In this document: positions 13,918 through 27,127 of the stretch, piece by piece
How positions within the stretch are numbered: position 1 is the first letter of the stretch
How the letters are laid out: each line of letters opens with the position of its first letter
From: Balanoglossus misakiensis
Taxonomy: Eukaryota > Animalia > Hemichordata
Direction: 5' to 3'
Assembly (NCBI GenBank): GCA_040954595.2
Contig: CM082591.2
Location: 3,333,957-3,397,956, forward strand
DNA: 64,000 bases
Notes under the pieces: generated by a model
What the model was told of the DNA's origin: nothing
The model's database searches: none
What the model saw: only the letters and a program-made list of their open reading frames with translations
Program-made: the position numbers and the translations under genes

Positions 13918-14719
13918 GGCTGCATTCACAAACACCTCTGGAGGGGGGGGCAGGAGAATTGAAGGGGGGGATTTGAAAAAATTGAGGGTATGTAAGGGGG
14001 GGGATTTGAAATAATTTAGGGACTGAAAGGGGGGGACTTGAAAACTTTGACGACTAAATATTTATTTTGAGTCCACAAAAATGCAGTTTCGCGCCCTTTA
14101 TTTTACAAAATTTTCTAATGTGGGAGGGGGACACCCCCTCCCACACCCACCCCCTCCATTCATCAACACCTTTCAATCATTGACTGGTTTATCTAGTGTC
14201 CCAGGTCAGGGGACTTGCCCCCACCCCATGATAACTTTGAGCGGCGACGGTTAAATTTGTCCTCCCCAACATACTGGTCGTTGAGTTAATTTGCTTTTGC
14301 CGGGTTCATTAAAATGCAGCTTTGAGCTCTGTATTTTATAAAATTTTCTTACGTGGGAGGGGGACACCCCCTCCCAAACCCACCCCCTTCCATTCTCGGT
14401 TTACAATGTCTCCCAACACAGAATACAAAATACTTAAAAAATAAAAACAATGTTCAGTTTTAAACCCACTGATGAGAGGAAACATCAATTTCAAATTATT
14501 TTCATGGGAGCGCTGTTTTTCTTTTTTACAAGATATTACATAGATAGGTGATGTGTTTTGCTGTGTGAAAGAAAATAGGGGGGGATATGAAAATTTTAGC
14601 AGTTCGGAAGGGGGGTATTTGAAAATATTTCGGGTTGTTGAGGGGGGCATGTGAAAATTAACGGTAAAAAAAATTGAATTCTCCCGCCCCCCCCTCCAGA
14701 GGTGTTTGTGAATGCAGCC
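13918..14719. mobile_element. Non-autonomous DNA transposon, PIF/Harbinger-like (802 bp)
   Basis: Terminal inverted repeats of ~45 bp (GGCTGCATTCACAAACACCTCTGGAGGGGGGG... / ...CCCCCCCTCCAGAGGTGTTTGTGAATGCAGCC), TAA on both sides (13915-13917, 14720-14722), G-tract subterminal repeats, no transposase ORF. Confidence 0.85.
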
Positions 14720-16465
14720 TAACCTTCGTCTTTATAAAGTCAGTCTGACCATCTGTAGTGTTTGGGTAAATTTTCATTTGAATTATTAAATATTTTTTCT
14801 GTGTGTAAGTTTCTTGTTGTACGTTCAAATGAAAAATGTATCATATATTTCCAAATCATTTTTCCCACAAGTTATTTTTTAAATTTAATGTCAGCCTACA
14901 ATACCCTGTTGTTTGTTATTCAGAATTTACAAAATCAGCTAATATATGACCCCCTTGTTTTTGTTGTCAGCTTTTTGGTATTTGATGAGCACTAGAACTA
15001 AACCTGTATAGCTTCATAGCATCTGTGAGTTCTAATGTATTTATTTGATGCTTAATTTATCCGAGGAAATATAGATGACCTTTAAAGCTACGTTGTGCGA
15101 GATCTGATTTTTAGGTCCCATTTGGTATATGTATCTATACTGTGGGGATCTTTACGGTTGAGTCTAAGTCTGTCTGTATGTCTGTGTGTGTCAGTCTGTA
15201 TGTGTTTGCTACAGACACCTTCACACTATACCTTAAATTCTGACATCCTGTCGATAGTTGTAAATTACAGCTACAAAAGTTACGATCCAACTACAATCTG
15301 CTCTAGAGTTGGCCTATTTCTCCTTTGCTTCTCCTTTCATTGCTGTTGAGAAAATGACAGCTAAATTTTAATCCAGTGGTTACAAAATGAACAGTGCAAT
15401 TATTCTAGATTTGAACAACAGGTTTATTTTAAAATATCCATGGAACAGAAAATGGAGAATTTACAATGCAGTTTGTACATAAGTTTGGAAATGTTTGTCG
15501 TCAAATATTTGACTGCGGTTAGAGGGCGCTCTACCTCAGCAATAAAAGAAAGAAATGTCTTACAAGTGGTATGAGGGCGCTAGCACAGTGCATGTCCCTT
15601 TCATGTCTCTGCTCGTTTTGTGAAAATTGAGGCTTGCAAAAAATTTCACCAGTAAAAAAATAACTGCTTCAGGAATGAATGATTTTCAGCTTAAAATTGC
15701 ATCAGCACGGACACTACTAGAATTAGTGGCATAGACGCATGACAAATCAGGAAAAGGAAGTTGGTCTTGTATGAATATTGACGGCCTGCAGTGTTTGTAC
15801 TCTCCATGGTAACCGAATCAACAGGAACATTTAACACAAATAACTTTCAAGTGTATAAATCTAAAATCTAACAAAGCAAAAAAAAAATCTATCTAGTCTT
15901 TTAACATAAATAAAAGTGATTTAAGTCCAGTACATCGCGCACTCACACACCAAATCTGATGGCAAAATCTCACAATGAAAGCTCTTTGGGCTTGAAGGAA
16001 CAGATTCAGTAAAAAAAAGTGGAGTGTGATCATTTTAATGATAAAGACACAAGTTTAACAATACAGAGATAGTGCAGATGTAAAAAAAAGTGACTACGTT
16101 GAAAACCGACAATTGAAAAAAATCTGTCATTCAAACTAAGCAACAGAGACTGGCTGTCTTAAATACGAGTAACAGTGAAACGTTCTGACTGACTGCCCTA
16201 AGTAGCTGTAAAAAGTCTGTGGCAGTCTTTCTATTCATTTTTATTTTTAATTTTAATTTAAAGGGGGAAAGTCATTCAACATGTGAAAACCTGTCTACAG
16301 TGAAGAGTATTCCCAACCCCATCATCAAAAATTACAGTTTGCAAACTACGAAATGATCTCGGTTCCAAACCTTGTTCAATTCAGACAGGTTTCACTGTAT
16401 TTAAATCTTAAAAAAACAACAGCCCCGGACAAGTACTTGATAGACATGTTTTTTTTCTTCATATG

Positions 16466-16561
16466 TCAACCCTTCCACCCCCATTTCCCTGTGTATGGGT
16501 CCAACCTTACCATATGACAACAATGGGTTTTTGGACTGAACCATGGCGGTGAAAGGGTTAA
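16466..16561. mobile_element. ~85-bp piggyBac-like MITE copy just 3' of the API5 stop codon
   Basis: TCAA-CCCTTCCACC...GGTGAAAGGG-TTAA; same internal sequence as the intact copy at 49548-49640. Confidence 0.75.
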
Positions 16562-16566
16562 AAGCT

Positions 16567-19500
16567 TTAATATCTTCCTCTGCTGCCTCCCCTCCAGCCA
16601 CCGCGACCTCTGCCCCGATTGCGACCGCCGCCGCCACCACGCCACGCACCACGACGATTTCCACCACCTGCAATGGAATCAGTTAATAACTGTTACCTTT
16701 GAACCTTGACCCCTTGGTGACCTATGACATCACAAGGGTTCACTACAAAAGACAAGAATTTGTATTAATTCGGCTACATTTTCTGTAAATTTCCTTTCAA
16801 GAAAAAAAAAATAATTTAAGCATAGTTCCATTATCATGAAAATATTGAAGCCTTCCCTCCCCCCATTTCCCGATATGAAGGTCCAGCATTGCTATTGAAA
16901 ACCATGGAGTCGGACCGAACCATTGTGGTGGAAGGGTGAGAAAAACAGCCCCATCTCTACTTACTGAAGCCTGAACCGTAATCCGCATCACCAAATGTGG
17001 GAGCGGCCCCGGCCTTGGTACTGAATTTCCCACCGGGCGGCTGGTACATCTGTCGCGGCCCCCTCTGTTTGCCGGGCGTTGGTTTCTTTGAGGGCGTGGA
17101 ATCTTCGAATGTGATCGGTGTTATGCCGGGTCGTTTTGTCCTGCATGCAAAATAGATTTCACGTTAAATCGCGATCAAAATGATTCAGAGTGGCTGTCAG
17201 ATAAAAATAAAGTGAACAGAAATTACTTCGATAAATGTTATACCAACTTACGCTGTTTGTTCTGGAGGTGTTTGCCTTTGTACTGGTTTCCATGACAATG
17301 TAATGACGCTTTTGTATGATGGAGGATTGTGGAAAAGATCCTGCAAATTATAAGAATGAAATGATTAGCATTAATTAAATAATACAGAAGTTATAAATAT
17401 TTATATCACATTACGCATCATCTTTAACAAGGTTATTCATATCTTCGCACTGTTGCAATCTCCACTTACTTTGATCAGTGTGTTGATGTTGGATGTAATT
17501 TTCAGAGCAATGACTTTGATTTTGTTTTCTTCCGACTTGAGGTCTTCTCCTGTCTTGCCCTGCACGGCCAGTCGCAACTGTTTCATGTACATCTGACAGC
17601 CCCGAGCAAAATACTGCAACCTGTAATACGGGGCATCCGAAACAGTATTGATTAAACTTGATTTGCTAGTAGTTAAAATACAGTAGAACCCATCTGTACC
17701 GGTCATAACATTTTAAAGGGTGTATTGTCCTACACGAAGAAGACTGCCAAGTTTTAGCTTATCGGAAAGGAAATTTATATTTCCAGGTCAAATGTGCAAA
17801 GTTCCTCCCACCTTATCCTGAAATCTTTGAGTCTCTCAGCATTTTCCTCGGCAGTCAAAAAGTCGTTGTGCTTCTTCGCAAGTTGGTGGAATGAAAACAT
17901 GAGGCACTCGACATATGAAAACTGTAGCTTGGGTTCTTCGCTCGTCGGTTGGTCATTTTCGCCGTCTTCCCCTTCTGGAGGCACTGGCATGTATTCCTGT
18001 TGGAAGATGGACGGGATTTTACGACAAAAATTAATAAGCATGCCTCTTCGAAATTCAAGAAATTGTTTCTTAATCTTCAGGATAACAAGGAAATTTCACT
18101 TTTTCTTCACAATCAGAGCACCTTTGAAGTCACGGCCCCAACGGCAGTAAATGCTACTTTGTTTGTTTACAAGTTACCGTAATGACACAGCAGAAGACTG
18201 CTGGTACTTACAAGAAGTTTGTCGAAGACTTTCTCGATGCAGCTGTTGTCCTGACTGTCTCCCGTGAAGCTGCACAGTTCAGCAAATAATCTGAGCATCT
18301 CAAGTTGGATGTCGCTGTTGTCCTCTGATGGATTCACCAGTGACGACAGTTTGGGCACGACGTGTAGACACATGTAGCTGACAAATCTGGTGGAGGCAAC
18401 ATTTTTCTGAAAGAAATAGGAGAACAGTGTACATCAGGTCCAACACAACGAGTCTCTATCAGAGGCGAGTTTCATTGCAAATATATGGTGCTTTTTGTAT
18501 GATAATTATTTTCAAAAAATTCACAAAAATTTTCAATAAAATGAGATACTTACTGAGAAAAAGGGTAGTGCTTGTCGTACACACTGCATCAACCTGTCAA
18601 CACTGTCTGATTCAACTGGCTGAACAAATGAAGAAAAAAAAATATTTAGCGAAAAATGTGACTAAATGAAGCTCAACTGAAACATCTGAGTAATGGAGGA
18701 GCAATGAGAAGTAAAATGTAGTGCTCAAGACCGCAAAATTGCGGCCAATGTCAGTATAAGACAGTTGATGAAGTATCAACATACCTGAAACTCTGATTCA
18801 AGATCCGCTTGCTCTACTACGATGTCAACAAGTTGCTGTCTGCCCGTCACAGTCTGCATGCTGGCCAGACCCGACAGAATCTTCATGAACGCTACAAACT
18901 CGTCCCCCGTCACGTCACTTAAAACCTAAAACACGGACAATTTCAGCCTATAAGAACAGCTTCTATTTGCATTTTAATATATGCAAATGTTATGTACATA
19001 TTAATGTATGCAAATGAGGCCTACAAAGATACACCAATCACTGTTATGTATATGTATGTAAATGTATGATATTACAGAAAAATAATGTTGGTTTGCTATT
19101 ACACTGTCTATTTTCCAGAATTCTACAGGAGTGATTTAAAATTCCAGGACTTATTTCATGTACATGTCTGTGAAAACTCACCTCTTTTGTTTTCTGAAGG
19201 AGGTAGTCTTCTACATCTTTGCTAAACGTCTCGGCTGGCAGTGCTTTCATTTTGGTACTCATAAATTTGATTGCTTTTTCTCGGACTGTTTCATCTCCGG
19301 ATAAAATTTGTGAAAATAACCCACCTAGAGTTCCTATAAAGTATAAAAACGATTAAAATGAATCAGATATTATTAAGAAAATAAGTTTGGTAAAGTTAGG
19401 TTGGACATGCTTGAATGGTCAGGGGGTTAACCACCAATACTTTACCTTTGGCATCCAGTTTGAACAACGTGAGTAGTGATGTCATCACTATGCTGAGTTC

Positions 19501-20330
19501 TGCTGAATCTTCTGTTTGTAGTAACTGTGCCAAGACGTCGGCGATTCTGGGAATGTTTTCCAGCGATCCTTTGCACAAGTTGGGCAGTTCCTTGATGGCC
19601 TGTCTTCGGATCTGGTGAGGAAGATAAGATTCTGTGAATCACTTCTATATACACCATGGAAAGTTGGGATAGGTAGCCAATCATAGATTTTCACTTGGAT
19701 GGCCAAGCAAAACATGTGCCACCACATGGTCAATCACTGTAGTACAAACTTACCGAGACATCCTCATCTTCACAAAGATCCAACTGTCCATCTATGGCTT
19801 GTTCAGATAAGCTTGAAAAATACTTGAAAAACCGGGGAATAAACTGGGCTGCCAGTCTCTTCTCATTGGTTCCGCCTTTCACAGCACTGAGTATGGACAA
19901 GTACTCCTTCGCATGCTGTCAAGGTGAATATTTAGAGAATAATTTGCACATGTACAAAGCCCGATGTTTGAGAACTACGCCCTCATTTGTTTCATGTGAA
20001 TATGATTTCGGACAGGAAAAGGGTCTTGCATGTGATCTTTGAGAAGGAAGGTTTTGCGAACTAAACTTTCTTCCAACACATACAGTACATTTGTTGCTTG
20101 AAGTCGAGCGTGATTCGGTATTCAGTTTAATTTTCTACAGTCCGCAAGCCGTAGTCACGGCCATTCTCCGCCACGTTCGAGTGGACATGTGTGTGTACAT
20201 CATGTTTTTCAGCGTTTTTCAACCAGGCTTGAGCAAACAAAAATTCTTCGATCAGACCTACCTCGCCTGCTTTGTCCTTGGCGTCAGCCAGTACACCGAA
20301 GTCTTTGTAAAGTTGTTCGACTGTTGCCAT
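16567..20330 (-). CDS. API5: Apoptosis inhibitor 5 (multi-exon)
   Basis: Begins MATVEQLYKDFGVLADAKDK (ATG at 20330). Internal exons encode IPRIADVLAQLLQTED, DIQLEMLRLFAELC, LQFSYVECLMFSFHQL and RLQYFARGCQMYMKQLR. The last exon (~16667-16567) encodes an RGG-rich tail ending GGSRGRY-stop. Confidence 0.94.
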
Positions 20331-21100
20331 GGTATTGGTGAATGTTACCACCACGAACTGTAAACAATAAACGACGAAAGCGATCAAATGTTCCTTCGGA
20401 TTTTCACGCTGCCAGCTCCAAAGCGTCGGCCATTAGTGAAGCTGCGTATTGTCATTCAAACTCGCGTAGTTGTGCGCAAGTGGGCCACACAACTTCCTGT
20501 TTTGTTACTCGCACACTGCACTTTATAACATTTTCCCCCGACAATTTTTGTTCTTCATAATAATACAGTTTTCCTGTGTACCATATTTTCGTTTGCCACA
20601 CCCAGTAACAACTGTGCATACACATGCTTTTCATAAAAACAGATTCTAGAAAACACAGTGACTCACATGGTATAAATTTTGAATATATTTTTGTTTAATT
20701 TTCACATCCATGATGTTCTAGTTCATATACACATCGGTGTAATTTAGTTGAAACACCAAAAAGCTTGATAACGAATGAAACCGGCACATTTGAACAAGAA
20801 ATCAAAACATTTAAACCAGTAAATGTACACATCAAAATGAAAAACAAATTAGTTTTAAAGTAATGAACCAATAATTAAAACAATCTGAACCACAGACTCC
20901 GACTGAGAAATACCAAAATAAAATTCAAACAATGTTCCTTTAAATCGTCATGGTAGCTCGACTACTAAATATAATGTATACATATGTTGCCATGACAACA
21001 TATTTGCATTGATAATGAGTGAAACAGACAATGATTATAAATGCACCGAACAGGTAATTGATACATTGAATGTCATAATAATAGTACATTGTTTTCTACG

Positions 21101-21187
21101 ATTCTAAAAGAAGATAGACCATTAATCTACAATTCTAAAAGATAGACCATTAATCTACAATTCTAAAAGATAGACCATTAAATCTAT
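21101..21187. repeat. 28-bp tandem repeat x3
   Basis: ATTCTAAAAGATAGACCATTAATCTACA repeated three times with minor variation. Confidence 0.8.
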
Positions 21188-22412
21188 GTGAGAGAGACAG
21201 CCATTGTGTAGTTACCACGGAAATATATATTTTTCTCGCAAATTTACAAGCATATCTTTACTGTTGAACACACTTCCCTTTAATACACAACATAGCCCTC
21301 AATCAAACGTATATATGTAACAAAATATCTGAGGAAGCAATGTTCATAGTAGTCTAGAATCCAGCCGTGTGTTCTCCGCTTGTTAGTTTTGGAGCCAAGC
21401 GGACAAAAAACGGCTGGGCACTAGACTATGTTCACAGGTGCAGAATAGAAAATGTTTGGAAGAGTCTTTGAAATAGACATTGGAGTGTATATAATCATGA
21501 TCACATTTTAAGCCAAACTGCTCCAACATTTTAGTCAAGTAGCACCCAAGTTGATAAGGTAGTGGCCACATTTAGTACCAGAGAACCTGCTTGAAGGTTG
21601 AGGGTAACTACAGTGGCTATACTGACAGTGGTTAGTTCACAAGTTGATGATAAACGCCTAAGAAGTCAGGTGAAAACACAGGTGTCACTGGATAAAATAC
21701 AGCATAGTACAAAAACTAAAGTCTAACATTTCAGGAGTTGTATTATAGCAGCATTTCAACAAATTACATTTCAGACATTTGGTAAAGGAAATCATACAAG
21801 AAAAAAACTTTTCACGACAAACAATCGTCAGTCAGCCATGGCGCCAGTTTCAAGCAATAATTGCTACAAAATATTCATTTTTATAGTCTATTGAATAAAA
21901 AAATCCCCTTTTCCAAAGGTTAAATTTTGTAAAATTCTCAAGTCATATGGGTTAAATTTTTGATCACAAATTCTTAGATGCAGTCTTAAACATCACCTCC
22001 TCGATTTGACTGTTAGTAGAGAAAGGATGTCAGATGTTTACTGTTTCTGTGCGCAAATGTTTAGAATTTCAGTTACAGCATTTTTGACCGTGGTACAGAG
22101 TAAAAGACGCCACAAAGAAAAGCCCTTGATTAAAAATTTGGAAGTCAAACCAGTGACAACTTTTCTCGTAACTGTCATCATGTCTACCCTGTCAAAAATC
22201 TTATCCCCAATGCTGTACTTCACAGAAAAAAGTCCATAAAAGAAAAAAAGTTTAATTTAAAGGTTCAATTTTAGTAGATAGATACAGAAGTAAATTACCA
22301 AATTCATGTACACAATTGAAATACCTCTTTTTCTCCACATAAAAACAATTTTACAATCTGTTTAAAAGACTTTTAAAAGATTTTTTTCATGTTTGTGTTT
22401 TGATGAAAAATC

Positions 22413-25400
22413 TTACTCTTTACTCGACGTAGATGCCCGCTGCTTCGCAGTTTGAGACCGAGTCATAATTTTGTGTTCAGTGGACGGGGTTTTTGTTTTT
22501 GTAATGTCAAAACAGTAGATTCCTAGATGATCGCAGATTTGTCCACATACCAACGTCGCGTATCTCAGCAAATCCACTGTTGAAATTATCTGTGGGCAAA
22601 AGAAGAAAGCATGGTGACATAGTGTTTCTTTAAATAATTATATAATACTCCTCTTTTGGCACCTTTTGTGAAAATTTCAAGAAAATAACAATATTATAAC
22701 ACTGTTTTCTCAAAATTCTATATATAAGGCTATGGAATGCGATAACCATACACTGTATATGGCCCGGTAATCTTCCACCATTTAACTCTCCATACTCACC
22801 AAAGCTATCCACAGCAGATAGTATTCATTGACAGGTGTCTCAAAATACTGGTTTAAAAACAATAAGGCAGGACCAATCATAATGGTGTCTAGATAATTCA
22901 TTTCACTTTTCGTCATGTGCGCAACCTGTCAATCAAAGATAATTGAGACATAAAAAATTGAAAATATCATTTTCACTAGTTCAAAATTCGAACCATAGTT
23001 ACGGCTGCCTACTGGCCATGTAGTAAACAGTTGCCATGGGAACACACAAACTTCAAAGAAACAACCATACATACCACAAGTTTGTTGGTGACCTTGGCTG
23101 CCACCATGCCGAAGGTCAGGAGGTACACACACGGATGATTTTCATAGACACGGCTAGGAGATTTCAGCATGATTATCACTTCCAATAGTAAGACAGTCCC
23201 TACATGCATGACTGGTGAGATGACACTGGTACCCTGATGAAAGAATACACAACATAACAATTGTTACATTGGCATGTAATATTTAAGCAATAAAACACCC
23301 CCAGCCATGGTATACCACGAGATTTTGACCAGTTCACGACATATACGCACGAGCGATAGCGAGTGCGTATATGGAGTTGAACTGGTCAAAATCGAGTGGT
23401 ATACCATGGCTGGGGGTGTTTTATTGCTATTATATTATGCCAGTATATTGAAACTTTGCATAAAACATTTTAAAAAGGCATTTTCTTTGACTATGATATA
23501 TGACTGTGGTATATGGCTAATATATCACGGTCACGTGTCGTGTCTCGACCAATCAAATAGCGTGATTTACACCATCAATATACTGGTATAATATAATATT
23601 GGTTATTTGCCAGGAGATACACCTTGGCAAATAATAATTTGCTATATTTTTGGATATTATGTGGTGTTCACTTCTATGTGAATATCCCTGCTTGAGTGTG
23701 ATTAATGGCAGTTGCAAATGACCATAAATACATTTGCAAACCATTCTGTAGAATTCTCTTAATATAGAAGTGTGTCATTGTCTGTCTGTCTGTCTCTATG
23801 TGTATGTCTATCTGTTTCTGTCTGTCTGTCTGTCCATTTGTTGTAGCACACATTTTATACTCACAGCCACTGTGGATCCATTTTTTCCAATACCGCCAAC
23901 AAATATAGTACTAAAGTACAACACACAGGCAAAGATTGCAGCCGCGCTCGAAAACACTACAACCATATGCTTAAACTCCAACCCTAGAACCGGCACCTGA
24001 AAGAACAACAAACGACACGGTCGAGCAAAGAAATTTACAATTTTGTTTCCAAAAAAGTACAAGGCGTTGTTTCTGCAATCATTTCTACTGTGCGTTAGTA
24101 TGCTTTATTAATTTAATTCACATTTCTAACCCTAGTAAAGAGCCCGCATTACATGAAGAAGGATGGATACAACAGAAGATTGGATTGGATTAGACTAGCT
24201 GACTGTGAGGACAAGCTGGCTTGATCAACCAATCAGGAGGCAGCTTTCGCATGATCCTGATACATGTATATCTCTCTCTCCCCCTTCAGTGCAGTCAGAC
24301 TTACTTGGTGTGAGATGAGAGTATGATTGAAACTTATAGGCATGGGTATCTGTGGGAGAAATACAACAAGAGAAACGAGACAGTGACATCACAGAGACAG
24401 GGGGAGGGGGTCATGCATACACTAACAAACAAAGAGATAGGGGGTGTCATAGATTCTTGTTGGATGAAAAGGATGTGACCGCCTAGGCTGAGACAAATTA
24501 TCAGGATAGGGACCACCTGGGTAATTGGATTTTCAACACCCAAACAGGATGCGACTGCCTAGACTAATGAAATCTCTCCAGCACTGCAGAAGCAGTTTGT
24601 CACCTTCCAGGCCAATGAATTTGGTAAAGAAATATCTCGAGTCAAAGGGGTGGAAATGACCATGGTGCTAGGGTGCTTCTTTCAATGTTCAACTCAAATG
24701 AACTGATGTACAAATATCAGACAAAACTACCAAAATCTTTTGACTTCATTCCATGTTTTGTTCAACTAGCTTGTATTCTCATCCCTTGTTTTGTTAAATT
24801 AGCTCACATTTTTGGCAGAAAGAGGTTAAAAAATACATTAATTAACATACAGATGCAAGAGTGCCAGAGCTAACCGTGCAAGCTTGAGACAGGGCCACAC
24901 ATGATAAGAGAGCTTTTTATATACCATAAAGATATTAAGAGATTTCCATTCAAATTAGTCCCACAAGTACACCATCAATGTTCAAGAAACAAGACAGTTT
25001 TGAATGTATGAAATGGGTTTCAGAGACAGAATAGATTAGCACAGCGCCCAATTTGGCAAGGAGTGAGTCAAGTGGCTGATATGTGATCACAGAGGTTGTT
25101 TGTCATTTCTGTCTTTCACACAGTCTGTCTCCACTATTGTACAGAGTCAGTTATGAAAGAAAATCCAGGGATTCCCCCCCCCCCATAATTTGACATGGCA
25201 ACAACCTTGTATAATAAAGTTTTCAAAAACAGATGGCAATAGAACAGTGTCAAGCAAACAGCCGTGCAGTGCAAACAGCGAGTGAGGCAATTGCACACAA
25301 AAGCATTTCTGGCAATGACATCTGAACTGCTCATGTCTGAACTGCTCATGTGCGACACCCACTTCATATTGTCGGAGTCACCTTGAGGGGCACACTGCCT

Positions 25401-27127
25401 ACAGTCGTTCTATCAGAGGTGGGGGTACAAACCACCCTCCTCAAATGAAACGACTGCAAGTTACAGTCCACAAATTACCTTAACAGCCCAAAACCATGGT
25501 CCAATCAATCCTGAGATGGCGAAAATCGTAATGACGCAGAATTGTGCCTCCGTCACATCAAATCTGTGGAAGAGAACAGAATGTGTCGGTCATGCAAAGG
25601 TGTGGCTGGATTTTCTTGCAAATGTCATGACATTCGGGACTGTATGTAATTTCACCCCAGTTCCTTTTACAGAGGTCCAACTTTACCATAGAAAACAATG
25701 GATTTGGAACAAACCATGGTGGTGAAAGGGTATACAGTGTACTTACTTTCCAAAGCGCAGGGTTCCGGAGACGTAGGCCTGCCAGTGTGCTGCATAGAAG
25801 AGAAAATTACCGACACAGCAAATGTAGATGAAACAGCCGGGATATTCTCCAAGCTGTAAAGCACATCCAGTAGCTATGCCGACAAAAACTGAAAGAGAAA
25901 GAAAATCATGTCGTAATTATTTTAGTTTCGGTTTCATTATATTCTGTTCAGGATACTTGTAGCTGTATGCAACAGTGATGAATTGGGATGCATTTGAAAT
26001 CAGTTGAAGTATAAACCCTTTCACCCCCAGTTCCCTAATTAGAGGTCCAACCTTACCATAACAATTGGTTTGGACTGAACCATTGTGGTGGAAGGGTTAA
26101 GATTGTCACCCGAACGCCTTGTTTGCCTGTACTGTATATCTATACATGTACAACTAATTCTATGTATGTGGAGACCTCACCTGTTGAGATGGAATCACAC
26201 CCGTGATCAAACAGCTCCCCCAGAGGTGAACTACTGTTTGTGCGCCTGGCTTGTTTGCCGTCAATGGCATCCAAGGCTTGGTACAGAAATAAACCCATGG
26301 CACAAATTATATACACCCATCTTGGAGCCTGAAAGAAAGATGTCCAGTTTTTAAAAACAAAACATCGACAGAATCAGAGATTCATCGATAGACCTGAAAT
26401 CAAAAGAATCTTGATTGCATTAAAAAGATGCGCATGAAAACATTTTGGGGGGAGTGGCTGCAATATGATGCAATTGAAAACAAAATGAATAGTGTTTTAT
26501 GTTTGATTCAGGTAATGTCAAAAACAAACTCCCACTTTTTTAAATACAAAAATAGAAACATACAGAAATTTTGAAATTATAATGAGATTATGCAAATTTA
26601 CAAATAGGACCATACATACATCATTTGCATACAAGGTCACATTACTCATTGTTCCGGCTACACATTATTATTGTGACAATACTGTTTAAAATGTGAAAGT
26701 ATTATATGTTCAGAGTAAACAGCGTACTTTTTATTTTTCATGAGCAAGATACTACAGTACGAACGTGGGAGAATCAATAAACCGGCTGTTACCATATACA
26801 ATAGTACTACATGGACACTAGATTAGGCCCTATCGCTCTACCATACGCGCTATGAAACCTGACTCAAACACAATCGGGTACAAAGTTCACAAATCTTACC
26901 TCTTCTGTGGCTGTCGGACAGTATAAAAATAAAATCAGCGCTGTTATTACATTGGTGAAAAGACCGGCCGTTGTGATTAAGTTCGGGGCGATAGACTCGG
27001 GGATCTGTTCAACAAGCCACCGCCAGAAAATCTGCATCACGGGCTCCATTATCGAGGATCCCTGCGAGCTGTATTTGTGCTCCGACAGCTTTCTCAGCTG
27101 CACCGTGGATAGGATTTCACCCGACAT
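22413..27127 (-). CDS. CEPT1: Choline/ethanolamine phosphotransferase (CEPT1/CHPT1 family), multi-exon
   Basis: Exons about 27127-26900, 26328-26181, 25888-25748, 25563-25479, 23996-23865, 23233-23073, 22925-22800, 22589-22413. CDP-alcohol phosphotransferase motif [27 protein letters not shown], plus [28 protein letters not shown] and [13 protein letters not shown]1 versus CHPT1 orthology cannot be resolved here. Confidence 0.92.
23286..23597. mobile_element. Palindromic interspersed element (143-bp near-perfect palindrome followed by a 23-bp inverted-repeat pair)
   Basis: 23286-23428 folds back on itself (AGCAATAAAACACCCCCAGCCATGGTATACCAC...GTGGTATACCATGGCTGGGGGTGTTTTATTGCT). 23429-23451 and 23575-23597 are inverted with one mismatch. 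Confidence 0.7.
25650..25733. mobile_element. piggyBac-like MITE copy (CEPT1 intron)
   Basis: TTTCACCCCAGTTCC...GAGGTCCAACTTTACCATAGAAAACAATGG...CCATGGTGGTGAAAGGG. Confidence 0.75.
26011..26100. mobile_element. piggyBac-like MITE copy (CEPT1 intron)
   Basis: AACCCTTTCACCCCCAG...GTGGTGGAAGGGTTAA. Confidence 0.75.

Noticed and set aside
15423-15546. Opposed AATAAA signals suggesting overlapping GRIN1/API5 3' ends
   Set aside because: Earlier ATTAAA/AATAAA candidates exist for GRIN1, so an overlap cannot be supported without transcript data.
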